DNA from: Octopus bimaculoides
Taxonomy: Eukaryota
Length of the DNA stretch: 64,000 nt
Direction: 5' to 3'
NCBI RefSeq assembly: GCF_001194135.2
Contig: NC_068985.1
Location: 113,609,916-113,673,915 of the forward strand
Shown: positions 12,002 to 25,467 of the stretch, piece after piece
How the letters are laid out: every line of letters begins with the position of its first letter
Numbering within the stretch: the first letter of the stretch is position 1
Made by a program: the position numbers and the translations under genes
Notes under the pieces: model-generated
Database searches by the model: none
The model's input: the letters and a program-made list of their open reading frames with translations, nothing else
Told to the model about the DNA's origin: nothing

Positions 12002-12077
12002 TCGTGATTCTTCTTGTAACATGGAATTCATGTCTTGATCTGATATTGGTATGATAGATTTGATGTCTTCATAATAA
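12002..12077 (-). CDS. PlexA: Plexin-A exon 12 (RYYEDIKSIIPISDQDMNSMLQEESR)
   Basis: YYxDI...ISDQDMN motif. Acceptor accactgcag, donor gtaagt; 76 nt. Confidence 0.96.
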
Positions 12078-12257
12078 CTGCAGTGGTGGTGCAAGAGAAA
12101 CAGGAAGAAAAAATGAAAAAAAACTAATGAGAATGAGAAAAACTGTTGACTTTTTCCTTTTTCGAATAATTAAATTTACTAAAATAAGTGGCATATTCAT
12201 AAAAATATGGCTTCTTTTGTATATACATATTGGCCGTGGATTATATTATGGTTCATA

Positions 12258-12746
12258 CAGTACCGGACCAATTATCCGGCAAGCTTGTGACCGGAAGTCT
12301 TCTGGATTTGCTGGTTTTCTGGAGACAGTCTAAATATATACTTAAAATATAAAATAAACTATATCAAGTGCTAAACCGTATTTAACAGATTCAAATTAAT
12401 ACACTTCTACAGGAGAGTCTGTTTTATATTTATTAATCCATTTCAAATTTTAAAAATATTATCATACTGTAATATTATCATACCAGTGTAATGTTTAAAG
12501 GATAAAAATTGAATGATAAGTAAAGAACATGATTTTATTTGACAAATACAAATTAATACAATTCCGAAACAGAGTAAGTTGAAACTTTATCAATCTGCAT
12601 AAAAAAGTAAAGAACATATCTACTTTTAACATACTGTATGCAAATGAACCAACTTTGAAAACAAGGTCTGTTCTAGTCAAAACAGAGTACAGTACAATGC
12701 ACAATATCCCTAGATTACTGGAAGCTAGATAAATAGTCCAGTTTTG
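12258..12746. mobile_element. Tc1/pogo-type non-autonomous DNA transposon
   Basis: TA flanks and ~25-bp decayed TIRs (cagtaccggaccaattatccggc versus reverse complement caaaactggactatttatctagc). Confidence 0.6.
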
Positions 12747-13167
12747 TATATGAATATTTATATATGAAATGTTGAGGAGGTGTTATAATAATATTGGTTT
12801 CGAATTTTGGCACAAGGCCAGCTATTTCAGGGAGGTGTAAGCAGATTATATTGATCTCCAGGGTTTGTAGATTATGTTCTTACTTAGGGACAGTTGATTT
12901 TTTTTTTTTTTGGTGGTGGTGGTGGTGGGCTACAGTTGATATTAATTTAGTGTCTGTAGTTCCTTATATACCTCTTGGTACTTGTCAAGCCTCCCTTAAA
13001 TCATACCTATTGCTTTTAGAAAATGAAGGACATTATATAATAGGTGAACACGATTAGAATAAAAGACAGGCAGGTCATAGCTGCAATAACCAACTTTACC
13101 AAAAATAAACATAGGCCTCTAGGTACTGACTTAACTTGAAAGAAATAACAGCCAAATATTCCTCAAA

Positions 13168-13206
<39 letters not shown>

Positions 13207-13249
13207 ACAGTCATCTGTGTATCACAATATATATATATATATATATACA

Positions 13250-13624
13250 CACCATTGACAGGGAAGTTACTACAAGTTTTTTCTGAGATAGAATCTCCAA
13301 TGGACATGCTGAGTCAAAAAACACAATATATATATCAGAGACAAAAAAAATTGTCTTGGCAGCAGCCAGTATGAATAGCAGATGCATTTTAGCCTTATTG
13401 GGGCTTGTCAATAATGTACGAGCAGCCAACCACATGCCGAGACAAAATTCATCACCTCTGATATAAGAAATCGTTAACAATACAAAGCAAGAAGCTGCCA
13501 GGCTGATTAAATGACTTGGTATATGCAAACAAAACAGTAATGAAATAAAATACATTTTTAACTCAGCACATCCATAAGAGAGTCTATCTCAGACGAAAAA
13601 GCAGCAACTTGCTTGTCAATGGAG
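13250..13624. mobile_element. MITE with ~70-bp terminal inverted repeats (probably Tc1/mariner)
   Basis: 13252-13322 (ccattgacag...ctgagatagaatctcc...gctgagtcaaaa) is the reverse complement of 13555-13622; TA at the right flank. Confidence 0.7.
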
Positions 13625-13671
13625 TATATACATTATATATGATATATAAATGGATAGTTTAATTTAGTGTT

Positions 13672-14013
13672 GTTGGCATTCCATCACTTATGATGTCGAG
13701 GGTTCCAGTTGATCCGATCAACGGAACAGCCTGCTCGTGAAATTAACGTGCAAGTGGCTGAGCGCTCCACAGACACGTGTACCCTTAACGTAGTTCTCGG
13801 GGATATTCAGCATGACACAGTGTGACAAGGCTGGTGCTTTGAAATACAGGCACAACAGAAACAGGAAGAAAGAGTACAGCAGGGTTCGCCACCATCCCCT
13901 GCTTTTAGGTGTTTTCGCTCAATAAACACTCACAACGCCAGGTCTGGGAATCGAAACCCCAATCCTATGACCGCGAGTCCGCTGCCCTAACCACTGGGCC
14001 ATTGTGCCTCCAC
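13672..14013 (-). mobile_element. SINE family B copy
   Basis: Colinear with 4543-4928 apart from an internal deletion; related copies at about 7356-7640 (+), 19882-20180 (+, different tail) and 62800-63122 (-). Confidence 0.85.
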
Positions 14014-14683
14014 AGGTTAATTTAATATTGCTTCAGTTGGGTACATTGGGTTATTTATACAGCATGACAGCAATTCATTGAGGCTGATTTTCTATTCTAC
14101 AGCTGGATACTCTTATTGTTGCTAACTCTCAGCTATTTCCCAGCAAGGTAACATTTACCTCATGGCTGGACATGTTTCCATGGAAGTCTGTAAAAGAGGG
14201 ACATCACTTGTATGATGGTGATACTCCTACATACACAGTGGCTGTGTGATAAGTAGCTTGCTTACCAGCCACATGCTCCCGGGTTCAGTCCCACTGAGTG
14301 GCACCTTGGCCAAGTGTCTTCTACTATAGCCACAGGTCGACCAAAGCCTTGTGAGTGGATTTGGTAGCCGGAAAATGGAAGAAACCCATCGTATATGTAT
14401 ATATATGTGTGTATATGTTTGTCCCCCCAATATCACTTGACAACCGATGCTGGTGTATTTACGTCCCCGTAACTTAGCGGTTTGTCAAAAGAGACCAACA
14501 GAATAAGTACTTGGCTTACAAAGAATAAGCTCTGAGGTCCATTTGCTTGACTATAAAAGCGATGCTCTAGCATGGCCACAGTCAAATGACTGAAACAAGT
14601 AAAAGAGTATATACATATATANNNNNNNNNNNNNNNNNNNNNNNNNNNNNNNNNNNNNNNNNNNNNNNNNNNNNNNNNNNNNN

Positions 14684-14734
<51 letters not shown>

Positions 14735-15786
14735 ATATATATATAGACAGAGACACAACATGCTTCTTTCCCTCTACCAAATCCACTCACAAGGCTTTGA
14801 CTGTTCTGGGGCTCTCTTAGAAGACACTTGTTGAAGGTGTCCCACACAGTGGGATTGAACCTAAGACCATGTGACTGGGAAGCCAACTCCTCAACCATTT
14901 GGCCATGCCTGATGAAGCTCATTTTTAGAGAGAAAAAAAAAATAAAGAATCATATCTCAGAATGCACCAGCTAACATCAGTAAGTATCTATGCACGTTGC
15001 ATAAGCATATGTGAATGTGGTAATTTATTGTAAACAAGTATATATTTGCATACAATATATATTTGCATACAATATATATTTGAGTGGGATGATTGCAAGT
15101 GTGTGTGTATGTATGTGTATGGACTGCGAGTGTATATGCTCTGAACATAGTTGATTAAATGGAAATATTCAAAGCATATTTATGTAGGTGTGTTTGTGTA
15201 TATAGTATATATACTATGTATAGTCATATAACAAATGAAGTATGGCTATGTAAGGTTCTACACACAATGTGTAAATTAACTACTGAGGATGGTTTATATA
15301 TATATGTATGTATATGCGAGTGTATGTATAAGTGTTTGTAAACGCAAGATATTTTTATTGCATTATGAAGTGTATATTGAAACAACATACATGATGTTAA
15401 TGTATATACAAACTCTTAAACAAGAATACAGTTTGTACACAATAAAACAAACACATAAACACAAACATGCATACATAATACGTACACACACATAAAGCAG
15501 GTAGTGCATTTCTGTTTCAAAGTATTAGGTATGTATGTGTGCTGTGGACTGGTGGATAATGTTTGCTAGCTGTGTAGTGGTAGATAAGACTGTAGTGTGT
15601 AATTAAATGAAAACAAGGGAACTAATTCAATCATCAATGTTTTAGTAAGCGTTGTTGATTGAATTAATTTTCTTTCTCTCATTTTATTTAATTATGTATA
15701 TGCAAACGCACTACCTTCTTCAGCATCTCTCTCGTATGTATATACATCTGATTATAGAAGCATATATATATTTATGCATATAGAAG

Positions 15787-15851
<65 letters not shown>

Positions 15852-18037
15852 AGACATACATATCAATGTGCTGATGTATATATTGTATACATCATACATA
15901 CATGATATATAAGTAAATATATACATGAAAGGAATAAGGAGAGGGTTCAAGGCCCCAGCAGTTCTGCAAATCAAATAACTTCAGTATTTTGTAATAAATG
16001 GCTACAAACATCAGGAGCAACACTTTTAAATTAATGGTGCACCAGCATGGCCACAGCGCTAAAGCTGAAACTAGTAAAAGAGTGAAGTGATCAATCACCT
16101 GATCACCAATCCATCAGGCAAACGCACAAGCCAAATAGATTTTATTCTTACAAGGAAATGAGATGAAAAAATGACTGTAAACACTAGGTTTTCTTTTGGT
16201 AAATAATATACCACCCAACTGTGAGGCCTCTGTCAGTCACCAATAATAGATGAGGTTCCTACTTAAATTCCCCTACTGGGACAGTGTTGTGTGAGGCTGA
16301 ACAGTCTGATACATGCATGGCAGACTGTTAGGCATGCTGCACTTGTGGTCTGTCCCAGTACTATTTGAGTTGTGGGGAGTTTTACCTCTCTAGTATAAGG
16401 TTATCAATTGGATCTAAGTCTGGGCAGAATGATATGCAGTACAAGTTGTTGCTCATGCAGCATGTTTACTCAAAAGAACAGCATGGCCCTTACAATTCGG
16501 CATTAACATCATTGCAGAAATTGTCAGAACGAGTTTGTAGATAACAGCCAACTGCTGTAGTGGCTCTGATACTTGATGTTTCATCAAGGTTTACTCTTGA
16601 ACCCTTTCCTATGGCTGGATATGGCCACCAAGCAGGACAGGTTTGGAGTCAGGGTTTTCCTTTGTCTAGATGTGTTGCCACACCACCAGGCTAATGAGCT
16701 CCAGCTGCTCAACTGATTTGCTAATTAACCCATAAATGGGAACTTGACAGGTATTAAGAGGTGATTTCACACTCTTCAAAACCTAGGAATTCTTGAACTG
16801 GGGCCTCAGGGTTAGGGATGCAGTTTAAAGTATACACAGGACAGACCATCCAACAGAGATTAATAATTAGGGAATTTACAGAAGAAACCAGACAAACTCA
16901 GGGCCGAAAATCAATTTGGAGAAGGAAAACATGGAGGCTGGTTTTGGATTCTGGGAGGTTCTGTTTGGTGCTTATGACAGAAGGAAGAATGGGACAAAGG
17001 ATTATGTTTTAAGTTATAAATATGTTAAAATAACCAAGACTAAACAGTTAATCAAAATGCAGATCTTGACACATCAGACACCCTTGCTTATCCATTATAC
17101 AGAATGTGGTTTATTTCCTAGAATTTCATTGCTTAATTCTGTGCCATGAGTTTTCTCATGAAGGACTAGAACTACTAATATTTCAAGACATTTTGGAGAA
17201 GGAAACTGAAAGAACCTTCACCTGGTTTTAGATCCTGAGAAGTTCTATTTGATGTTTATGACAAAAAGGGGTTAAGTGACATGTTTTAAGTTATAAATTT
17301 TGCATAAGATAAAGCAATCATAAACACAAACTTAATCATAGTGCTGATCTCTGTGAAGCTTATAGCCACATGCTAGACACCTTTGTTTATCCAGAATACT
17401 GAATATGTGGTTCATTTCTAACTATTTTATTAGTTAATTGGGTGCAGCTATTTAGATGATAATTTGGTGATGCTGGCTGGACATTCAACTGGCTTTGGTG
17501 ACAGTACTTTTTGGCACAAGAGGCACACACACGTGCATGCACACCCAGAAATATACACCTACTGAAAGGGAGAGTGTGTCAAAGAGACAGAGAGATTACA
17601 GCTTATTAATTGAATGCAGTGGACATAAGCACTTTCTCTCTCCTCATACACAATCACATACACACATGTAGAAATAAAGAGAGAGAGATCACAAATCATT
17701 AATTGAACATGATTGAGATAAAGACTTTTCTTCTCCTTATACACATAAGAAATATGTCCACACACATAAACAGAGAAAGAGCATAGGGGCAGAGACAGAG
17801 GGAGAGAATGAGAGAAACATTAAAAGGTCTGATATCAAATAAGTCCACATTGGATCAGCAATGTCAAAACAGCCATGCCAGAATGTTTCTTACCCAAGTG
17901 GACTGAGTGTACAATGTAGTCTCTGATTAAAGAGAAACTGGATCTGTAGGTTGTGTCATTTGGTTAGCTATATGGTTGACAACAACAACAATGATATATA
18001 ACAAATTTGAATGAGAATAGATTAATATTTCACTTAC

Positions 18038-18250
18038 CGATCTACCCATGCCTTATATTTAGGAATATCTTTGGCGTATAGCAGCTTGCTGGAAGGAGAA
18101 TCTTTTCCTAACCGGTGCTCACTCATTGAACAGCTGTCCATGAACGTCTGGGCAGTCACCGATAGGCAGGAGTCGACGATATGAGATTTGTGGATATCGA
18201 AGACAAAGTTGGGATTTTTTATAATATTTACCCAGAATCGCAAAGGAAGG
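18038..18250 (-). CDS. PlexA: Plexin-A exon 11 ([71 protein letters not shown])
   Basis: LPLRFWVN (second GAP arginine) and QTFMDSC...[16 protein letters not shown]. Acceptor tttctttgcag, donor gtaagt; 213 nt. Confidence 0.98.
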
Positions 18251-19232
18251 CTGCAAAGAAAATGCATCAGAAGGATAGAATTAGATAAAACAAGTTCAAA
18301 TAGAAAGATTAAACTTCAAATGAAAATGTGTTCAATGTTTTAAATCAGTATTTATATTCCTTGCATTTGTATAGGTCTTTGGGACAAACAATATTTTGTT
18401 ATGCCTGCAAGATAAATCTGAAGACAGGTAAAACTAGAAGCACTGAATAGAGCCTAATGGAGAAGCTCTTGCTCCCAAGCAGTCAAGATCAACACACTGA
18501 AGGACGAAAAAAGTCTCAAAATAGATAACTTATTGACCCCACCCCATCATGTAAATTCCTAACAAAAAATAATGTATAATCAATAAGAAAATGTTTGGTT
18601 TAAAAGCAATGTTTTCTACACTCTTTTGTGTCATTATCACATTTCAGTAAAAAATATTTGGAGAAATTTAATGAAAGTACGTAACAAAAGTTGATAAGGA
18701 CAATAAAAATTCATTCATATTATACTGATATAGTTGGAATATATAACGTTTATTGACCACTTGGATAACCATATAGACCTCCTAGGGGTCAGTATTGATC
18801 ACTTCGCTGATCCCTTCTCAGACAATTTAATTCCTCAGTCTCTTTCAATGCAAGTCATTTTATAAGTCTTGTGCCAACCTTGTGTAATGTTGTTTGTTTC
18901 CAGTCTTTCATGAAAAACATATCTGGCTATGGGGGCGTATTACCTTGCTTGGAAACAAATGAAGATTGGCAACATGAAGGGCATATGGTCATAGAAAACT
19001 GCCTCAGCAAATTCTATCATACTGATAAAAGCACTAAAATGGGGATGTTGAATGACAATGATTATGAGTACATCACTGCAAAGCTGTTTGCTTTTGTCTA
19101 ACCTTTTGACTGACTGCCTGGTGGGCCCCAGTGCCAACCCAATTTGTTGCTAATAATTCAGCAGCAACTAAAACCAAATGTAACTGAGCTAGTTCAACTA
19201 AATGTATTGTAGAAGTTATTGTCTTGACTTAC

Positions 19233-19399
19233 CTGTTGGATTTCCATGTGTGTACAACTTCAGGCTCAATGTTATGGAGCTGAGCTTGCTCATCAAGGAA
19301 GTCAAAAATATATTTTATGGCTAGGGGTAATACTTGACCACGATGGGTGGTACTAAATATTCGTTCAAACAAATCATCAACATATTGTTGAAGAGTACC
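19233..19399 (-). CDS. PlexA: Plexin-A exon 10 ([55 protein letters not shown])
   Basis: GTLQxxVDDLF...[16 protein letters not shown]...HTWKSN motif. Acceptor atgatttcag, donor gtaagt; 167 nt. Confidence 0.97.
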
Positions 19400-20849
19400 C
19401 TGAAATCATAAACAAATGACAAAATTAGACATAAAACATTTTCTATCATTATCTTCATTTAAAACAGTGAACTGGCAAAATCATTAGCATGCTGGGTAAA
19501 ATACTAAGCAGCATTTCATCCATCTTTACGTTCTAGGTTCAAATTCTGCTGAGGTCGATTTTTGCCTTTCATCCTTTCGAGGTCAATAAAATAAGTACCA
19601 GTTGAATACTGGGGTCAATGTAATCAACTAGTTCACTCCCCTCAAATTTCAGGCCTTGTGCCTTTAGTAGAAAGGATTATTATTATTATGCTTAGCAACA
19701 TTTCTTCCAACTTAACATTCTAAGTTCAAATGCTACTGAGATCAACTTAACTTTTCCCCCTTTTGGTGTTGATAAAATAAGTACCAGCTGAACACTGGCT
19801 TGATGTAATTGACTTGACCCTTCCCTCTAAATTGCTGGCCTTGCATCAAAATTTGAAACCATTATTATTATTATTATTGTGAAGGCACATGGCCTAGTAG
19901 TTAAAGCAGCGGACGAGGGATCACGGGTTCGAATCTCAGACCGGACGATGTGTGTGTTTATGAGCGAAAACACCTAAGCTCCACGCGGCTCTGGCAGAAG
20001 TTAATGGCGAACTTCTGTTGAGTCTTTCGCCACAACTTTCTCTCACTCTTTCCTCCTGCATCTTGCAGCTCACTTGTGATGGACCAGCGTCCCGTCCAGG
20101 TGGAGAACCTATTCACCAAGGAAACCAGGGAAACCGGCCCTTATGAGCCAGGCATGGCTCGAGAAGGAACAAACAACAACATTATTATTATTATTATCAT
20201 TATGAAGCACTGTCTCGCACTGTTGTAGCTGGCTATGAGGTCACAGCAACACATTCTCTCTGAATGGAAGACCAGTCCATTGCAAGGTTACCCATATACA
20301 ACTGATTAAACTAGAGCAATGTAAAATGAAGTCTTTTGTTCAGGAACACAATGCACTGCTTGTCTGTGAATGGAAACCTTGATCTTGCGATTGTGAATGC
20401 AACACCCTAACCACTAGGCCACATACACTTACTATATACATATATCAACAATCTTGCTGTAAAGACATTCGAGCAAGATCGTTGCCAGTGCTGCTGGACT
20501 GTCTCCTGTGTAGGTGGCATGTAAAATACACCATTTCGAGTGTGGCTGTTGCCAGTGGCATGTAAAAGCACCCACTACACTCTCAGAGTGGTTGGCATTA
20601 GGAAGGGCATCCAGCTGTAGAAACTCTGCCAAATCAGATTGGAGCCTGGTGTTGCCATCTGGTTCGCCAGCCTTCAGTCAAATCGTCCAACCCATGCTAG
20701 CATGGAAAGCGGACATTAAACGATGATGATATATGTACACATATTCAGTGACTACATAAACTTAGACACACGCACACATAAATGCAAATGTGTACCTCTA
20801 CATATATCCATGTATACAAATAAATTTATGATTTTATATGTATGTGTGT

Positions 20850-20885
<36 letters not shown>

Positions 20886-21473
20886 NNNNNNNNNNCTCTT
20901 TCTCTCTGGAATCTGTTGCTGTTATTAATAGACAGACATCAACATCTGTACTGTGTCGCACAATAAAATTCACTAAATTACTGTGTTTTTTACTCTTACT
21001 ACTATATTTAGGTAACAAAACCAGGTGGAACTATAATTATAGATACAAATTTCAACCTATAACCAGAATATAATACCAATAGTTTGTGGAGTGAATCTGA
21101 ACTATTACACACACATTCATGTGTATTTAAGAAAGATATAGAAGCTGAAAGAGTCATCAAATAGTCAGAGGTTTCAAGAAAGGCAACTAGAAACCTTTGA
21201 TAGAAGGAAAGAAGTGATAAAGGTTTATAATAATAATAATAATAATGATTTTTACTACAGGCACTGAAATTTTGAGGGGAGGGGGCCTAGTCAGTTAAAT
21301 TGGCCCTCAGTGCTCAACTGGTACTTGTTTCATCAACCCTGGAAAGAGGAAAGGAAAAGCTGACTGTGTTGGAATTTGAATGTAAGGAGCCAGAGGAAAT
21401 GCTGCATTCTGTTTGGTATGCTAAAGACTGTCCTAGTTTGCTGCCTAATAATAATGATAATAATAATAACAGC

Positions 21474-21999
21474 AACAGCAAAAGCACTCAGAGAGGGCCA
21501 ATCTCCTCCAAGGCAACACCAACGACCTCTCAAAGATTAGCCAAAGATGATTTTTTAATTTGAGAATATCTGAAATAAACTCAACTGCTCTCACAAATGA
21601 GAATACTAAAAATGAACCAGACTGCTCTCAAAAATTAAGTAAAAAAAACAAAAAAAAAACGGATAAATAATCCATAATCCATAATCCATGGCGGCGAGCT
21701 GGCAAAAACGTTAGCGCACCGGGCGAAATGCTTAGTGATGCTTCATCTGTTTTTACGTTTAAAGGCGGTGCTCCAGCATGGCCACAGTCAAATGACTGAA
21801 ACAAGTAAAAGAGTAAAATCCTTGGCTAGTACCAGATTAATCCCAAAATCTAATCAGTTCGTGCCAGTCATGAGGCTAAACATCCCTGAAAGTTTCATCT
21901 GTTTCCATCCAGCGATTCTTGAGATATCTTGTCTACGGACAAATAAACAAACATGACTGAAAACAATACCTCTGCCATCGCTAAAGCAGAGGTAACAAT
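21474..21999 (+). mobile_element. Helentron-associated non-autonomous element (HINE/DINE-like) carrying an internal SINE insertion
   Basis: 5' aaaagcactcagagag...ctcctccaaggc; 3' terminal hairpin tacctctgc-catcgctaaa-gcagaggta; flanked by AAT-rich sequence. Family assignment is from recalled motif similarity. Confidence 0.55.
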
Positions 22000-22553
22000 C
22001 CTTTCTAAAGGCACAAAGCCTGAAAATTGTGGGGAGGGTACTAGTCAATCACACTGACCTCCAGCGTTACACTGGTACTTAATTTATTGAACCTGAAAGG
22101 ATGAAAGACAAAGTCAGCTCTGGCAGAATTAAATAATAATAAAATGGTAACAAAAAAGGTTTCTACAGGATAATTTACTGAAGGCCATGGGGCCTGGACC
22201 AGAAGGATTTGGAAAGAGAGTGACAATGTTTACACTATATATTATGTCAATTTGTATGTCAGGAAATATGGTGATAGTCCTTTCTACTATAAACACAAGA
22301 CCTGAAATTTTTGGGGGGTAGGGGGCTAGTTGATTACATTGACACCAGTGCTCAACTGGTACTTATTTTAATTGACCCTGAAAGGATAAAAAGTAAAGTC
22401 AACCTTGGCAGCATTTGAACTCAAAATGTAAAGACAGACAAAATGCTGCTTAGCATTTTGCCCAACAAGCTAATGATTCTGTCAGCTTGCTGCTTAACAG
22501 AAATTATCATAATAACAATAATAATAATAATAACAATAATGATAGCAACCTAC

Positions 22554-22646
22554 CTTAGTTGTTAGCAGTCTTGTGAGATAAATTTCACTGACCATTTTGC
22601 TTCCTCGATCTCCCTCTCTATGTGTTGGTGAATCATGTTGTTTTAC
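22554..22646 (-). CDS. PlexA: Plexin-A exon 9 ([31 protein letters not shown])
   Basis: [18 protein letters not shown] motif. Acceptor aaattctcag, donor gtaggt; 93 nt. Confidence 0.97.
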
Positions 22647-24292
22647 CTGAGAATTTATAAAGAGCAATGGATATAGAAAACCAGCATTTAAACAACAAAA
22701 CCATCAGAGTTACAAATACATACAGGTTACCTAAAGAGAAATATTAGGTATTCCTTGGTGTTGGCGTCACCAACATTAAAAAAGAAAACAAGTTAACAGA
22801 TATAACAAGCCTATGATTGCAGTTATAGATGTGTGCTTAAACTTTTAGCATTTAGATTTCTCTGTTGAATTTAATTCTTATTTATTCTAATTGTTTTAAA
22901 TTAACCATGCATTATCATGTAACTTGGAGATTTTGATATTATTGTTGGGTAAGTGTGAGGGGCTGGGCCTGACTGGTTTGAACATAAAACAGACAGAATA
23001 TTCAGGTTGGATTAAAAAGCCAGTTTAAATGCTAAAGGGTGAAGAAGTTCTCTTTGCAGCTACATATATTTGGTTTGCTCCTACTGAGGAACACGTTGGG
23101 TAAATCTCCTCTAACATATTCTTGGTGATAGGAAACACTAGACTGGTACTTTAATTTATCAAAGGTAAAGTTGTCATAAGTATAATTTGAGTTCAGAATG
23201 TAAAGAGACAAGAACTACTAGAAGGCATTTTGTCCAATATTCCAACAATTCTGTTACCTTATTGTTTTGGGTTTTTTATTTAAGCACAAGGGTTGGGGTT
23301 ATTCAATATCATTGACCCCTATACTAGACTGGCATTTTGGTTTTACTGATCCTAAAAAGGATGAAAAAGTCAACCTTGGTGAGATCTGATCTCAGAATGT
23401 AAAGTGCTGACACATTTTGTTCCTGATACTCTAACAATTCTGCCAGCTTACAAAAGTAATTCTTTCTACAATAAGCTCAAGGCCTGACATTTTGGGGGAG
23501 GGAGCTGGTCAATTATACTGACTCTAGTGCTCAACTAGTGCTTATTCCATTGACTCCCAAAAGGATTAAACGCAAAGTCAACCTCAGTAGAATTTGAGTT
23601 CAGAGCGTAAAAGACAGCACTAGACCAGATATATTGAAGAAGGATGTAATCAACTGAATTGACCCCAATACTTAATCAATATTTATTTTATCTATTCAGG
23701 AATGGATAATGATCACTTTATATTCTATCTTTCTTGCTGGTATGGATTGGATAGTTTGACAGGATCCAAGAAGCCAAGAGGACTGTGTTGCACACCGATG
23801 TCTGCTTTGAAATATTTTCATTTAATGAGGACGGGGAGTCCTCTGTAGCTGATGATATTTTCAGCTATAAAAAGATCTATGTAATCATTTAAATGCTGCT
23901 GTTAAATTTCAGTTAAACTGACCATATCCAGCTCTAATATTCCATCTGCTTCAAACTGGCCACATCTGGCCTCTCATACCTATTCTAAAATGTCATCTGA
24001 AAATAAACAACCACATCGTTGGAATCTCAAAGCAATGAGATAATGTATGATTAATTCAAAACGATGTGAATAATTAAGCATAACATTTGACTAAGTAATC
24101 AAAGGGTTAAATGAGAAATTACCTTCAATTAAGTAAATATACTTAGCTCTGATGCTGTAAGAGCTAAAGCTTAAACATTGAAGAAAATGATTTACAGAAG
24201 AGAAATTACTTTAGAGTAACATCAGATTGGGGCTCAAAATGAAGGGGGTTTTGTACATGAGTATAAAAGCAAAGGCAATGAGAGTTACTCAC

Positions 24293-24390
24293 CAAATGAT
24301 ATTTGCGTATATTGTTTTCTCCATCATTAGGTATACCACTAGAATTGACAGTACGACCTAAAGATGGGCTACGGGTGTAGAGAGAATTTT
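24293..24390 (-). CDS. PlexA: Plexin-A exon 8 (ENSLYTRSPSLGRTVNSSGIPNDGENNIRKYHL)
   Basis: Aligns to plexin-A KYEN..YT.SP.SL...WHL. Acceptor ttaatttcag (an alternative AG gives start 24405), donor gtgagt; 98 nt. Confidence 0.88.
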
Positions 24391-25467
24391 CTGAAATTAA
24401 ACGTTCTGGAAAACGTAAGAGTAAAAAGTAATGAAAAAAATATTGATGACTGGTCGGAATAAAAGATAAGAGAAAGGATATAATGACATAAATAAAAGAT
24501 ATGGGTTTTAAAACAATATTGGGAGAAGAGAAGAAAATGTTGACACATGTGGCTACACTGGCATACATATCATTATCCGATCAAAGAATGCTTTGTAACT
24601 CTTGCAAAATTTCAGATTTACTGATTTGCTGGTGGCCCGTAAAAGCACCCACTACACTCTCGGAGTGGTTGGCGTTAGGAAGGGCATCCAGCTGTAGAAA
24701 CTCTGCCAAATCAGATTGGAGCCTGGTGTAGCCATCTGGTTTGCCAGTCCTCAGTCAAATCGTCCAACCCATGCTAGCATGGAAAGCGGACGTTAAATGA
24801 TGATGATATATATATATATATAGGCACAGGAGTGGCTGTGTGGTAAGTAGCTTGCTTATCAACCGCATGGTTCTGGGTTCAGTCCAACTGTGTGGCACCT
24901 TCAACAAGTGTCTTCTACTATAGCATTGGGCCGACCAAAGCCTTATGAGTGGATGTGGTAGACGGAGACTGAAAGAAGCCCTCCGTGTATATATATAAAT
25001 GTATGTATGTGTTTATGTGTGTGTCCCCCCACCATTGCTTGACAACCGATGTTGGTATGTTTACATCCCTGTAACTTAGTGGTTCGGCAAAAGAGCCCGA
25101 CAATAAATACTAGGGGTCAATTTGTTCAACTAAAGGTGGTGCTCCAGTATGACCACAGTCAAATGACTGAAACAAATAAAATATACATAAATAGACATGG
25201 CTGTGTGGATAAGAAACTCCCTTTGCAACTATGTGGTTTTTGGTTCAGTCCCACTGCATGGCACCTAGGGGCAAGTTAGTTCTACTGTAGACTTGGGCCA
25301 AACAATGCCTTGTGAATGAATTTGGTAGACAGAAAATGTGTGAAAACCCAAAGAAAGTGTGTGAAAGCCTACTCCACCATCTGACAGTTACAGTTAGTTT
25401 GCTTATGAGCCTAGCAGTTCATCAAAAGAGAAATAAATGAGAGAGAGAGAGGTCTTTGATTTCTTAC

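Noticed and set aside
13211-13555. 114-aa minus-strand ORF as a possible plexin exon
   Set aside because: No plexin similarity; it lies inside a MITE bounded by 70-bp inverted repeats.
15715-15747. 33-nt AG...GT-bounded candidate cassette between exons 11 and 12
   Set aside because: It has a stop in the required frame, a weak donor (gtagtg) and microsatellite surroundings.
22640-22650. CAG|GTAAAA at the start of exon 9 as a recursive splice site
   Set aside because: GT simply encodes the conserved Val of HL-VK; the reconstituted donor is weak and nothing else supports it.
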